Positions 38,201 to 50,200 of a DNA stretch of 64,000 nt are shown here, piece by piece. The stretch lies in NCBI GenBank assembly GCA_964016885.1, contig OZ024744.1, forward strand, positions 129,890,001 to 129,954,000, in the 5' to 3' direction. The notes beneath the pieces were generated by a model. That model was not told the DNA's origin. It saw only the letters and a program-made list of their open reading frames with translations, and ran no database searches. Source of the stretch: Eledone cirrhosa. Taxonomy: Eukaryota. The position numbers were made by a program, and so were the translations under genes. The first letter of the stretch is position 1. The number at the start of each line of letters is the position of its first letter.

Positions 38201-41200
38201 TTAAGTTGGGGTTAATCTAAGTTGGGGTTAAGTTAAATTGAGGTTAAGTTAAGTTGGGGTTAATTTAAGTTGGGGTTAAGCTAAGTTGGGGTTAAGTTAA
38301 ATTGAGGTTAAGTTAAGTTGGGGTTAAGTTAAGTTGGGGTTAATTTAAGTTGGGGCTAAGTAAAGTTGGGGCTAAGTTAAGTGGGGGTTAAGTTAAGTTA
38401 GGGTTGAGTTAAGTTGGGGTTAAGTTAACTTTGGGTTAAGTTAAGTTGGGTTTGAGTTAAGTTGGGGTTAATTAAGTTGGGGTTAAGTTAAGTTAGGGTT
38501 AAGTTAAGTTGGGGTTAAGTTAAGTTGGGGTTAAGTTAAGTTGCGGTTAAGTTAAGTTGAGGTTAAGTTAAGTTGGGGTTAAGTTAAGTTGGGGTTAAGT
38601 TAAGTGGGGCTAAGTTAAGTTGGGGCTAAGTTAAGTTGGGGCTTAGTTAAGTTGGGGTTAAGTTAAGTTGGGGTTAAGTTAAGGTGGGGTTTAGTTAAGT
38701 TGGGGTCAACTAAAGTTGGGGTTAAGTTAAGTTGGGGTTCACTTAAGTTGGGGTTAATCTAAGTTGGGTTAAGTTAAGTTGGGGTTTATTTAAGTTGGGG
38801 TTCAGTTAATTTGGGGTTAAGTTAAGTTTGGGTTAAGTTGGGGTTAAATTAAGTTGGGGTTAAGTTAAGTTGGGGTTAAGTTACGTTGGGGTTAATTTAA
38901 GTTGGGGTTAAGTTAAGTTGCGGGTAATTTAAGTTGGGGTTAAGTTAAGTTGGGGTTAAGTTAAGTTGGGGTTAAGTTAAGTTGGGGGTAAGTTAAGTTG
39001 GGGGTAAGTTAAGTTGGGAGTAAGTTAAGTTGGGGTTAAGTTAAGTTGGGGTTAAGTTAAGTTGGGGTTAAGTTAAGTTAGGGTTAAGTTAAGTTGGGGT
39101 TGAGTTAAGTTGGGGTTAAGTTAAGTTGGGGTTATGTTAAGTTGGGGTTAAGTTAAATTGGGGTTAATTTAACTTTGTGGTTAAGTTAAGTTGGGGTTAA
39201 GTTAAGTTGGGGTTAAGTTAAGTTGGGGTTAATTTAAGTTGCGGATAAGTTAAGTTGAGGTTAAGTTAAGTTGGGGTTAAGTTAAGTTGGGGTTAAGTTA
39301 TATGGGGCTAAGTTAAGTTGGGGCTAAGTTAAGTTGGGGCTTAGTTAAGTTGGGGTTAAGTTAAGTTGGGGTTAAGTTAAGGTGGGGTTTAGTTAAGTTG
39401 GGGTCAACTAAAGTTGGGGTTAAGTTAAGTTTGGGTTTATTTAAGTTGGGGTTCAGTTAATTTGGGGTTAAGTTAAGTTTGGGTTAAGTTGGGGTTAAAT
39501 TAAGTTGGGGTTAAGTTAAGTTGGGGTTAATTTAAGTTGGGGTTAAGTTAAGTTGGGGTTAAGTTAAGTTGGGGTTAAGTTGAGTTGGGGTAAAGTTAAG
39601 TTGGGGTTAAGTTAAGTTGGGGGTAAGTTAAGTTGGTGTTAATTTAAGTTGGGGTTAAGTTAAGTTGGGGTTAAGTTAAGTTGGGGTTAAGTTGAGTTGG
39701 GGTAAAGTTAAGTTGGGGTTAATTTAAGTTGGGGTTAATTTAAGTTGGGGTTAAGTTAAGTTGGGGTTAATTTAAGTTGGGGTTAATTTAAGTTGGGGTT
39801 AAGTTAAGTTGGGGTTAAGTTAAGTTGGGGTTAAGTTAAGTTGGGGGTAAGTTAAGTTGGGGTTAAGTTAAGTTGGGGTTAAGTTGGGGTTAAGTTAAGT
39901 TAGGGTTAACTTAAGTTGGAGTTAAGTTAAGTGGTGGTTATGTTAAGTGGTGGTTATGTTAACTTGGGGTTAAGTTAAGTTGGGGTTGAGTTAAATTGGG
40001 GTTAAGTTAAGTTGCGGTTAAGTTAAGTTGGGGTTAAGTTAAGTTGGGGTTAAGTTAATTAGGGTTAAGTTAAGTTGGGGTTAAGTTAAGTTGGGGTTAA
40101 GTTAAGTTGCGGTTAAGTTAAGTTGGGATTAAGTTAAGTTGGGGTTAAGTTAAGTTGGGGTTAAGTTAAGTTGGGGTTAAGTTAGATTGTTGTTAAGTTA
40201 AGTTGGGGTTAATTTAAGTTGGGGTTAAGTTAAGTTGGGGTTAATTTAAGTTGGGGTTAAGTTAAGTCGGGGTTAAGTTGAGTTGGGGTTAGGTTAAGTT
40301 GGGGTTAAGTTAAGTTGGGGTTAAGTTAAGTTGGGGTTAAGATAAGTTGGGGTTAAGTTAAGTTGGGGATGAGTTAAGTTGGGGTTGAGTTAATTTGGGG
40401 TTAACTTAAGTTGGGGTTAACTTAAGTCGGGATTAAGTTAAGTGGGGGTTAAGTTAAGTTGGGGTTAAATTAAGTTCGGGTTAAGTTAAGTTGGGGTTAA
40501 GTTGGGGTTAAGTTAGGTTGGGGTTAAGTTAAGTTGGGGGTAAGTTAAGTTGGGGGTAAGTTAAGTCGGGGGTAATTTCAGTTGGGGTTAAGTTAAGTTG
40601 GGGTTGAGTTAAGTTGGTGCTAAGTTAAGTTGGGGTTATGTTAAGTTGGGGTTAATTTAAGTTGGGGTTAAGTTAAGTTGGGGTTCAATTAAGTTGCGGT
40701 TAATTTAAGTTGGGGTTAAGTTAAGTTGGGGTTAAGTTAAGTTGGGGTTAAGTTAAGTTGGGGTTAAGTTAAGTTGGGATTAATTTAAGTTGGGGTTAAG
40801 TTAAGTTGGGGTTAAGTTAAGTTGGGGTTAAGTTAAGTTGGGGTTAAGTTAAGTTGGGGTTAAATTAAGTTGGGGTTAAATTAAGTTGGGGTTAAGTTAA
40901 GTTGGGGTTATGTTAAGTTGGTGTTAAGTTAAGTTGGGGTTAAGTTAAGTTGGGGTTAAGTTAAGTTTGGGTTAAGTTAGGTTGGTGTTAAGTTAAGTTG
41001 GGGTTAAGTTAAGTTGGGGTTAAGTTATGTTGGGTTTAAGTTAAGTTGGGGCTAATTTAAGTTAGGGCTAAGTTAAGTTGGGGTTAAGTAAAGTTAGGGC
41101 TAAGTTAATTTGGGGTTAAGTTAAGTTGGGGTTAATTTAAGTTGGGGTTACATTAAGTTGAGGTTAAGTTAAGTTGGGGTTAAGTTAAGTTAGGGTTAAT

Positions 41201-44200
41201 TTAAGTTGGGGTTATGTTAAGTTGGGGTTAAGTTAAGTTGGGGTTAAGTTAAGTTGGAGCTGAGTTAAGTTGGGGTTACGTTAAGTTGGGGTTAAGGTAA
41301 GTTGGGGTTAAGTTAAGTTGGGGTTAAGTTAAGTTGGGTTTAAGTTAAGTTGGGGTTAAGTTAAGTTGGGGTTAAATTAAGTTGGGGTTAATCTAAGTTG
41401 GGGTTAAGTTAAATTGAGGTTAAGTTAAGTTGGGGTTAATTTAAGTTGGGGTTAAGCTAAGTTGGGGTTAAGTTAAATTGAGGTTAAGTTAAGTTGGGGT
41501 TAAGTTAAGTTGGGGTTAATTTAAGTTGGGGCTAAGTAAAGTTGGGGCTAAGTTAAGTGGGGGTTAAGTTAAGTTAGGGTTGAGTTAAGTTGGGGTTAAG
41601 TTAACTTTGGGTTAAGTTAAGTTGGGTTTGAGTTAAGTTGGGGTTAATTAAGTTGGGGTTAAGTTAAGTTGGGGTTAAGTTAAGTTGGGGTTAAGTTAAG
41701 TTGGGGTTAAGTTAAGTTGCGGTTAAGTTAAGTTGAGGTTAAGTTAAGTTGGGGTTAAGTTAAGTTGGGGTTAAGTTAAGTGGGGCTAAGTTAAGTTGGG
41801 GCTAAGTTAAGTTGGGGCTTAGTTAAGTTGGGGTTAAGTTAAGTTGGGGTTAAGTTAAGGTGGGGTTTAGTTAAGTTGGGGTCAACTAAAGTTGGGGTTA
41901 AGTTAAGTTGGGGTTCACTTAAGTTGGGGTTAATCTAAGTTGGGGTTAAGTTAAGTTGGGGTTTATTTAAGTTGGGGTTCAGTTAATTTGGGGTTAAGTT
42001 AAGTTTGGGTTAAGTTGTGGTTAAATTATGTTGGGGTTAAGTTAAGTTGGGGTTAAGTTACGTTGGGGTTAATTTAAGTTGGGGTTAAGTTAAGTTGCGG
42101 GTAATTTAAGTTGGGGTTAAGTTAAGTTGGGGTTAAGTTAAGTTGGGGTTAAGTTAAGTTGGGGGTAAGTTAAGTTGGGGGTAAGTTAAGTTGGGAGTAA
42201 GTTAAGTTGGGGTTAAGTTAAGTTGGGGTTAAGTTAAGTTGGGGTTAAGTTAAGTTAGGGTTAAGTTAAGTTGCGGTTAAGTTAAGTTGAGGTTAAGTTA
42301 AGTTGCGGTTAAGTTAAGTTGAGGTTAAGTTAAGTTGGGGTTAAGTGAAGTTGGGGTTAAGTTAAGTTGGGGCTAAGTTAAGTTGGGGCTAAGTTAAGTT
42401 GGGGCTTAGTTAAGTTGGGGTTAAGTTAAGTTGGGGTTAAGTTAAGGTGGGGTTTAGTTAAGTTGGGGTCAACTAAAGTTGGGGTTAAGTTAAGTTGGGG
42501 TTCACTTAAGTTGGGGTTAAGTTAAGTTGGGGTTAAGTTAGATTGTTGTTAAGTTAAGTTGGGGTTAAGTTAAGTTGGGGTTAATTTAAGTTGGGGTTAA
42601 TTTAAGTTGGGTCTAATTAAGTTGGGGTTAAGTTAAGTTGGGGTTAAGTTAAGTTGGGGTTAAGTTAAGTTGGCGTTAAGTTAAGTTGGGGTTAAGTTAA
42701 GTTGGGTTTGCGTTAAGTTGGGGGTAAGTTAAGTTGGTGGTAAGTTAAGTTGGGGGATAGTTAAGATGGGGTTAAGTTAAGTTGGGGTTAATTTAATTTG
42801 GGGTTAAGTTAAGTTAGGGTTAAGTTAAGTTGGGGTTGAGTTAAGTCGGGGTTCAGTTAAGTTGGGGTTATGTTATGTTGGGGTTAAGTTAAGTTGGGGT
42901 TAAGTTAAGTTGGGGTTCAATTAAGTTGCGGGTAATTTAAGTTGGGGTTAAGTTAAGTTGGGGGTACGTTAAGTTGGGGGTAAGTTAAGTTGGGGTTAAG
43001 TTAAGTTGGGGTTAAGTTAAGTCGGGGTTAATTTAAGTTGGGGTTAAGTTAAGTTGGGGTTAAGTTAAGTTGGGATTAAGTTAAGTTGGGGTTAAGTTAA
43101 GTTGGGGTTGAGTTAAGTTGGGGTTAAGTTAGATTGTTGTTATGTTATTTTGGGGTTAAGTTAAGTTGCGGTTAAGTTAAGTTGGGGTAAAGTTAAGTTG
43201 GGGTTAAGTTAAGTTGGGGTTAAGTTAAGTTGGGGTTAAGTTAAGTTGGGGTTAATTTAAGTTCGGGTTAAGTTAAGTTGGGGTTAATTTAAGTTGGGGT
43301 TAATTTAAGTTGGGGTCAAGTTAAGTTGGGGTTAAGTTAAGTTGGGGTAAAGTTAAGTTGGGGTTAAGTTAAGTTGGGGTTAAGTTAAGTTGGGGTTAAG
43401 TTGGGGTTAAGTTAAGTTAGGGTTAACTTAAGTTGGGGTTGTGTTAAGTGGTGGTTATGTTAAGTGGTGGTTATGTTAAGTTGGGGTTAAGTTAAGTTGG
43501 GGTTAAGTTAAATTGGGGTTAAGTTAAGTTGCGGTTAATTTAAGTTGGGGTTAAGTTAAGTTGGGGTTAAGTTAATTAGGGTTAAGTTAAGTTGGGGTTA
43601 AGTTAAGTTGGGGTTAAGTTAAGTTGGGGTTAAGTTAAGTTGGGATTAAGTTAAGTTGGGGTTAAGTTAAGTCGGGGTTAAGTTAAGTTAGGGTTAAGTT
43701 AAGTTGGGGTTAATTTAAGTTGGGGTTAAGTTAAGTTGAGGTTAAATTTAAGTAGGGGTTAAATTATGTTGGGGTTAAGTTAAGTTGGGGATAAGTTAAG
43801 TTGGGCATAAGTTAAGTTGGGGTTAATTAAGTTGGGTTTAAGTTAAGTTGGGGTTAAGTTAAGTTGGGGTTAAGTTAAGTTGGGGTTAAGTTAAGTTGGT
43901 TAGTTAAGTTGAGTTTAAGTTAAGTTGGGCTTAATTTAAGTTGGGGTTAAGTTAAGTTGGGGTTAAGTTAGATTGTTGTTAAGTTAAGTTGGGGTTAAGT
44001 TAAGTTGGGGTTAATTTAAGTTGGGGTTAATTTAAGTTGGGTCTAATTAAGTTGGGGTTAAGTTAAGTTGGGGTTAAGTTAAGTTGGGGTTAAGTTAAGT
44101 TGGGGTTAAGTTAAGTTGGGGTTAAGTTAAGTTGGGTTTACGTTAAGTTGGGGGTAAGTTAAGTTGGTGGTAAGTTAAGTTGGGGGATAGTTAAGATGGG

Positions 44201-47200
44201 GTTAAGTTAAGTTGGGGTTAATTTAATTTGGGGTTAAGTTAAGTTAGGGTTAAGTTAAGTTGGGGTTGAGTTAAGTCGGGGTTCAGTTAAGTTGGGGTTA
44301 TGTTATGTTGGGGTTAAGTTAAGTTGGGGTTAAGTTAAGTTGGGGTTCAATTAAGTTGCGGGTAATTTAAGTTGGGGTTAAGTTAAGTTGGGGGTACGTT
44401 AAGTTGGGGGTAAGTTAAGTTGGGGTTAAGTTAAGTTGGGGTTAAGTTAAGTCGGGGTTAATTTAAGTTGGGGTTAAGTTAAGTTGGGGTTAAGTTAAGT
44501 TGGGATTAAGTTAAGTTGGGGTTAAGTTAAGTTGGGGTTGAGTTAAGTTGGGGTTAAGTTAGATTGTTGTTATGTTATTTTGGGGTTAAGTTAAGTTGCG
44601 GTTAAGTTAAGTTGGGGTAAAGTTAAGTTGGGGTTAAGTTAAGTTGGGGTTAAGTTAAGTTGGGGTTAAGTTAAGTTGGGGTTAAGTTAAGTCGGGGTTA
44701 AGTTAAGTTGGGGTTACGTTAAGTTGGGGGTAAGTTAAGTTGGTGGTAAGTTAAGTTGGGGGTAAGTTAAGATGGGGTTAAGTTAAGTTGGGGTTAATTT
44801 AATTTGGGGTTAAGTTAAGTTGGGGTTAAGTTAAGTTGGGGTTAAGTTAAGTTGGAGTTAAGTTAAGTTGGGGGTAAGTTAAGTTGGGGTTAAGTTAAGT
44901 TGGGGTTAAGATAAGTTGGGGTTAAGTTAAGTTGGGGTTGAGCTAAGTTGGGGTTGAGTTAATTTGGGGTTAAGTTAAGTTGGGGTTAAGTTAAGTTGGG
45001 TTTAAGTTAAGTTGGGGTTAAGTTAAGTTGGGGTTAAATTAAGTTGGGGTTAAGCTAAGTTGGGGTTAAGTTAAATTGAGGTTAAGTTAAGTTGGGGTTA
45101 ATTTAAGTTGGGGTTAAGCTAAGTTGGGGTTAAGTTAAATTGAGGTTAAGTTAAGTTGGGGTTAAGTTAAGTTGGGGTTAATTTAAGTTGGGGCTAAGTA
45201 AAGTTGGGGCTAAGTTAAGTGGGGGTTAAGTTAAGTTAGGGTTGAGTTAAGTTGGGGTTAAGTTAACTTTGGGTTAAGTTAAGTTGGGTTTGAATTAAGT
45301 TGGGGTTAATTAAGTTGGGGTTAAGTTAAGTTGGGGTTAAGTTAAGTTGCGGTTAAGTTAAGTTGAGGTTAAGTTAAGTTGGGGTTAAGTTAAGTTGGGG
45401 TTAAGTTAAGTTGGGGCTAAGTTAAGTTGGAGCTAAGTTAAGTTGGGGCTAAGTTAAGTTGGGGTTAAGTTAAGTTGGGGTTAAGTTAAGGTGGGGTTAA
45501 GTTAAATTGGGGTCAACTTAAGTTGGGGTTAATTTAAGTTGGGGTTAACTTAAGTTGGGGTTAAGTTAAGTTGGGGTTAAGTTAAGTTGGGGTTAAGTTA
45601 AGTTGGGGTTACGTTAAGTTGGGGGTAAGTTAAGTTGGTGGTAAGTTAAGTTGGGGGTAAGTTAAGATGGGGTTAAGTTAAGTTGGGGTTAATTTAATTT
45701 GGGTTTAAGTTAAGTTAGGGTTAAGTTAAGTTGGGGTTGAGTTAAGTTGGGGTTAAGTTAAGTTGGGGTTATGTTAAGTTGGGGTTAAGTTAAGTTGGGG
45801 TTAAGTTAAGTTGGGGCTCAATTAAGTTGCGGTTAATTTAAGTTGGGGTTAAGTTAAGTTGGGGTTAAGTTAAGTTGGGGTTAAGTTAAGTTGGGGTTAA
45901 ATTAAGTTGGGGTTAAATTAAGTTGGGGTTAAGTTAAGTTGGGGTTATGTTAAGTTGGTGTTAAGTTAAGTTGGGGTTAAGTTAAGTTGGGGTTAAGTTA
46001 GGTTGGTGTTAATTTAAGTTGGGGTTAAGTTAAGTTGGGGTTAAGTTAAGTTGGTTAGTTAAGTTGAGTTTAAGTTAAGTTGGGGTTAATTTAAGTTGGG
46101 GTTAAGTTAAGTTGGGGTTAAGTTAAGTTGGGGTTAAGTTAAGTTGGGGTTCAGTTAAGTTGGGGTTAAGTTAAGTTGGGGTTAAGTTAAGTTGCGGTTA
46201 AGTTAAGTTGCCGTTAAGTTAAGTTGAGGTTAAGTTAACTTGGGGTTAAGTTAAGTTGGGGTTGAGTTAAATTGGGGTTAAGTTAAGTTGCGGTTAAGTT
46301 AAGTTGGGGTTAAGTTAAGTTGGGGTTAAGTTAATTAGGGTTAAGTTAAGTTGGGGTTAAGTTAAGTTGGGGTTAAGTTAAGTTGCGGTTAAGTTAAGTT
46401 GGCGTTAAGTTAAGTTGGGGTTAAGTTAAGTTGGGAGTAAGTTAAGTTGGGGTTAAGTTAAGTTGGGGTTAAGTTAAGTTGGGGTTAAGTTAGATTGTTG
46501 TTAAGTTAAGTTGGGGTTAATTTAAGTTGGGGTTAAGTTAAGTTGGGGTTAATTTAAGTTGGGGTTAAGTTAAGTCGGGGTTAAGTTAAGTTGGGGTTAC
46601 GTTAAGTTGGGGGTAAGTTAAGTTGGTGGTAAGTTAAGTTGGGGGTAAGTTAAGTTGGGGTTAAGTTAAGTTGGAGTTAAGTTAAGTTGGGGGTAAGTTA
46701 AGTTGGGGTTAAGTTAAGTTGGGGTTAAGATAAGTTGGGGTTAAGTTAAGTTGGGGTTGAGCTAAGTTGGGGTTGAGTTAATTTGGGGTTAAGTTAAGTT
46801 GGGGTTAAGTTAAGTTGGGTTTAAGTTAAGTTGGGGTTAAGTTAAGTTGGGGTTAAATTAAGTTGGGGTTAAGCTAAGTTGGGGTTAAGTTAAATTGAGG
46901 TTAAGTTAAGTTGGGGTTAATTTAAGTTGGGGTTAAGCTAATTTGGGGTTAAGTTAAATTGAGGTTAAGTTAAGTTGGGGTTAAGTTAAGTTGGGGTTAA
47001 TTTAAGTTGGGGCTAAGTAAAGTTGGGGCTAAGTTAAGTGGGGGTTAAGTTAAGTTAGGGTTGAGTTAAGTTGGGGTTAAGTTAACTTTGGGTTAAGTTA
47101 AGTTGGGTTTGAATTAAGTTGGGGTTAATTAAGTTGGGGTTAAGTTAAGTTGGGGTTAAGTTAAGTTGCGGTTAAGTTAAGTTGAGGTTAAGTTAAGTTG

Positions 47201-50200
47201 GGGTTAAGTGAAGTTGGGGTTAAGTTAAGTTGGGGCTAAGTTAAGTTGGGGCTAAGTTAAGTTGGGGCTTAGTTAAGTTGGGGTTAAGTTAAGTTGGGGT
47301 TAAGTTAAGGTGGGGTTTAGTTAAGTTGGGGTCAACTAAAGTTGGGGTTAAGTTAAGTTGGGGTTCACTTAAGTTGGGGTTAAGTTAAGTTGGGGTTAAG
47401 TTAGATTGTTGTTAAGTTAAGTTGGGGTTAAGTTAAGTTGGGGTTAATTTAAGTTGGGGTTAATTTAAGTTGGGTCTAATTAAGTTGGGGTTAAGTTAAG
47501 TTGGGGTTAAGTTAAGTTGGGGTTAAGTTAAGTTGGGGTTAAGTTAAGTTGGGGTTAAGTTAAGTTGGGTTTACGTTAAGTTGGGGGTAAATTAAGTTGG
47601 TGGTAAGTTAAGTTGGGGGATAGTTAAGATGGGGTTAAGTTAAGTTGGGGTTAATTTAATTTGGGGTTAAGTTAAGTTAGGGTTAAGTTAAGTTGGGGTT
47701 GAGTTAAGTCGGGGTTCAGTTAAGTTGGGGTTATGTTATGTTGGGGTTAAGTTAAGTTGGGGTTAAGTTAAGTTGGGGTTCAATTAAGTTGCGGGTAATT
47801 TAAGTTGGGGTTAAGTTAAGTTGGGGGTACGTTAAGTTGGGGGTAAGTTAAGTTGGGGTTAAGTTAAGTTGGGGTTAAGTTAAGTCGGGGTTAATTTAAG
47901 TTGGGGTTAAGTTAAGTTGGGGTTAAGTTAAGTTGGGATTAAGTTAAGTTGGGGTTAAGTTAAGTTGGGGTTGAGTTAAGTTGGGGTTAAGTTAGATTGT
48001 TGTTATGTTATTTTGGGGTTAAGTTAAGTTGCGGTTAAGTTAAGTTGGGGTAAAGTTAAGTTGGGGTTAAGTTAAGTTGGGGTTAAGTTAAGTTGGGGTT
48101 AAGTTAAGTTGGGGTTAATTTAAGTTGGGGTTAAGTTAAGTCGGGGTTAAGTTAAGTTGGGGTTACGTTAAGTTGGGGGTAAGTTAAGTTGGTGGTAAGT
48201 TAAGTTGGGGGTAAGTTAAGATGGGGTTAAGTTAAGTTGGGGTTAATTTAATTTGGGGTTAAGTTAAGTTGGGGTTAAGTTAAGTTGGGGTTAAGTTAAG
48301 TTGGAGTTAAGTTAAGTTGGGGGTAAGTTAAGTTGGGGTTAAGTTAAGTTGGGGTTAAGATAAGTTGGGGTTAAGTTAAGTTGGGGTTGAGCTAAGTTGG
48401 GGTTGAGTTAATTTGGGGTTAAGTTAAGTTGGGGTTAAGTTAAGTTGGGTTTAAGTTAAGTTGGGGTTAAGTTAAGTTGGGGTTAAATTAAGTTGGGGTT
48501 AAGCTAAGTTGGGGTTAAGTTAAATTGAGGTTAAGTTAAGTTGGGGTTAATTTAAGTTGGGGTTAAGCTAAGTTGGGGTTAAGTTAAATTGAGGTTAAGT
48601 TAAGTTGGGGTTAAGTTAAGTTGGGGTTAATTTAAGTTGGGGCTAAGTAAAGTTGGGGCTAAGTTAAGTGGGGGTTAAGTTAAGTTAGGGTTGAGTTAAG
48701 TTGGGGTTAAGTTAACTTTGGGTTAAGTTAAGTTGGGTTTGAATTAAGTTGGGGTTAATTAAGTTGGGGTTAAGTTAAGTTGGGGTTAAGTTAAGTTGCG
48801 GTTAAGTTAAGTTGAGGTTAAGTTAAGTTGGGGTTAAGTGAAGTTGGGGTTAAGTTAAGTTGGGGCTAAGTTAAGTTGGGGCTAAGTTAAGTTGGGGCTT
48901 AGTTAAGTTGGGGTTAAGTTAAGTTGGGGTTAAGTTAAGGTGGGGTTTAGTTAAGTTGGGGTCAACTAAAGTTGGGGTTAAGTTAAGTTGGGGTTCACTT
49001 AAGTTGGGGTTAAGTTAAGTTGGGGTTAAGTTAGATTGTTGTTAAGTTAAGTTGGGGTTAAGTTAAGTTGGGGTTAATTTAAGTTGGGGTTAATTTAAGT
49101 TGGGTCTAATTAAGTTGGGGTTAAGTTAAGTTGGGGTTAAGTTAAGTTGGGGTTAAGTTAAGTTGGGGTTAAGTTAAGTTGGGGTTAAGTTAAGTTGGGT
49201 TTACGTTAAGTTGGGGGTAAGTTAAGTTGGTGGTAAGTTAAGTTGGGGGATAGTTAAGATGGGGTTAAGTTAAGTTGGGGTTAATTTAATTTGGGGTTAA
49301 GTTAAGTTAGGGTTAAGTTAAGTTGGGGTTGAGTTAAGTCGGGGTTCAGTTAAGTTGGGGTTATGTTATGTTGGGGTTAAGTTAAGTTGGGGTTAAGTTA
49401 AGTTGGGGTTCAATTAAGTTGCGGGTAATTTAAGTTGGGGTTAAGTTAAGTTGGGGGTACGTTAAGTTGGGGGTAAGTTAAGTTGGGGTTAAGTTAAGTT
49501 GGGGTTAAGTTAAGTCGGGGTTAATTTAAGTTGGGGTTAAGTTAAGTTGGGGTTAAGTTAAGTTGGGATTAAGTTAAGTTGGGGTTAAGTTAAGTTGGGG
49601 TTGAGTTAAGTTGGGGTTAAGTTAGATTGTTGTTATGTTATTTTGGGGTTAAGTTAAGTTGCGGTTAAGTTAAGTTGGGGTAAAGTTAAGTTGGGGTTAA
49701 GTTAAGTTGGGGTTAAGTTAAGTTGGGGTTAAGTTAAGTTGGGGTTAATTTAAGTTCGGGTTAAGTTAAGTTGGGGTTAATTTAAGTTGGGGTTAATTTA
49801 AGTTGGGGTCAAGTTAAGTTGGGGTTAAGTTAAGTTGGGGTAAAGTTAAGTTGGGGTTAAGTTAAGTTGGGGTTAAGTTAAGTTGGGGTTAAGTTGGGGT
49901 TAAGTTAAGTTAGGGTTAACTTAAGTTGGGGTTGTGTTAAGTGGTGGTTATGTTAAGTGGTGGTTATGTTAAGTTGGGGTTAAGTTAAGTTGGGGTTAAG
50001 TTAAATTGGGGTTAAGTTAAGTTGCGGTTAATTTAAGTTGGGGTTAAGTTAAGTTGGGGTTAAGTTAATTAGGGTTAAGTTAAGTTGGGGTTAAGTTAAG
50101 TTGGGGTTAAGTTAAGTTGGGGTTAAGTTAAGTTGGGATTAAGTTAAGTTGGGGTTAAGTTAAGTCGGGGTTAAGTTAAGTTAGGGTTAAGTTAAGTTGG

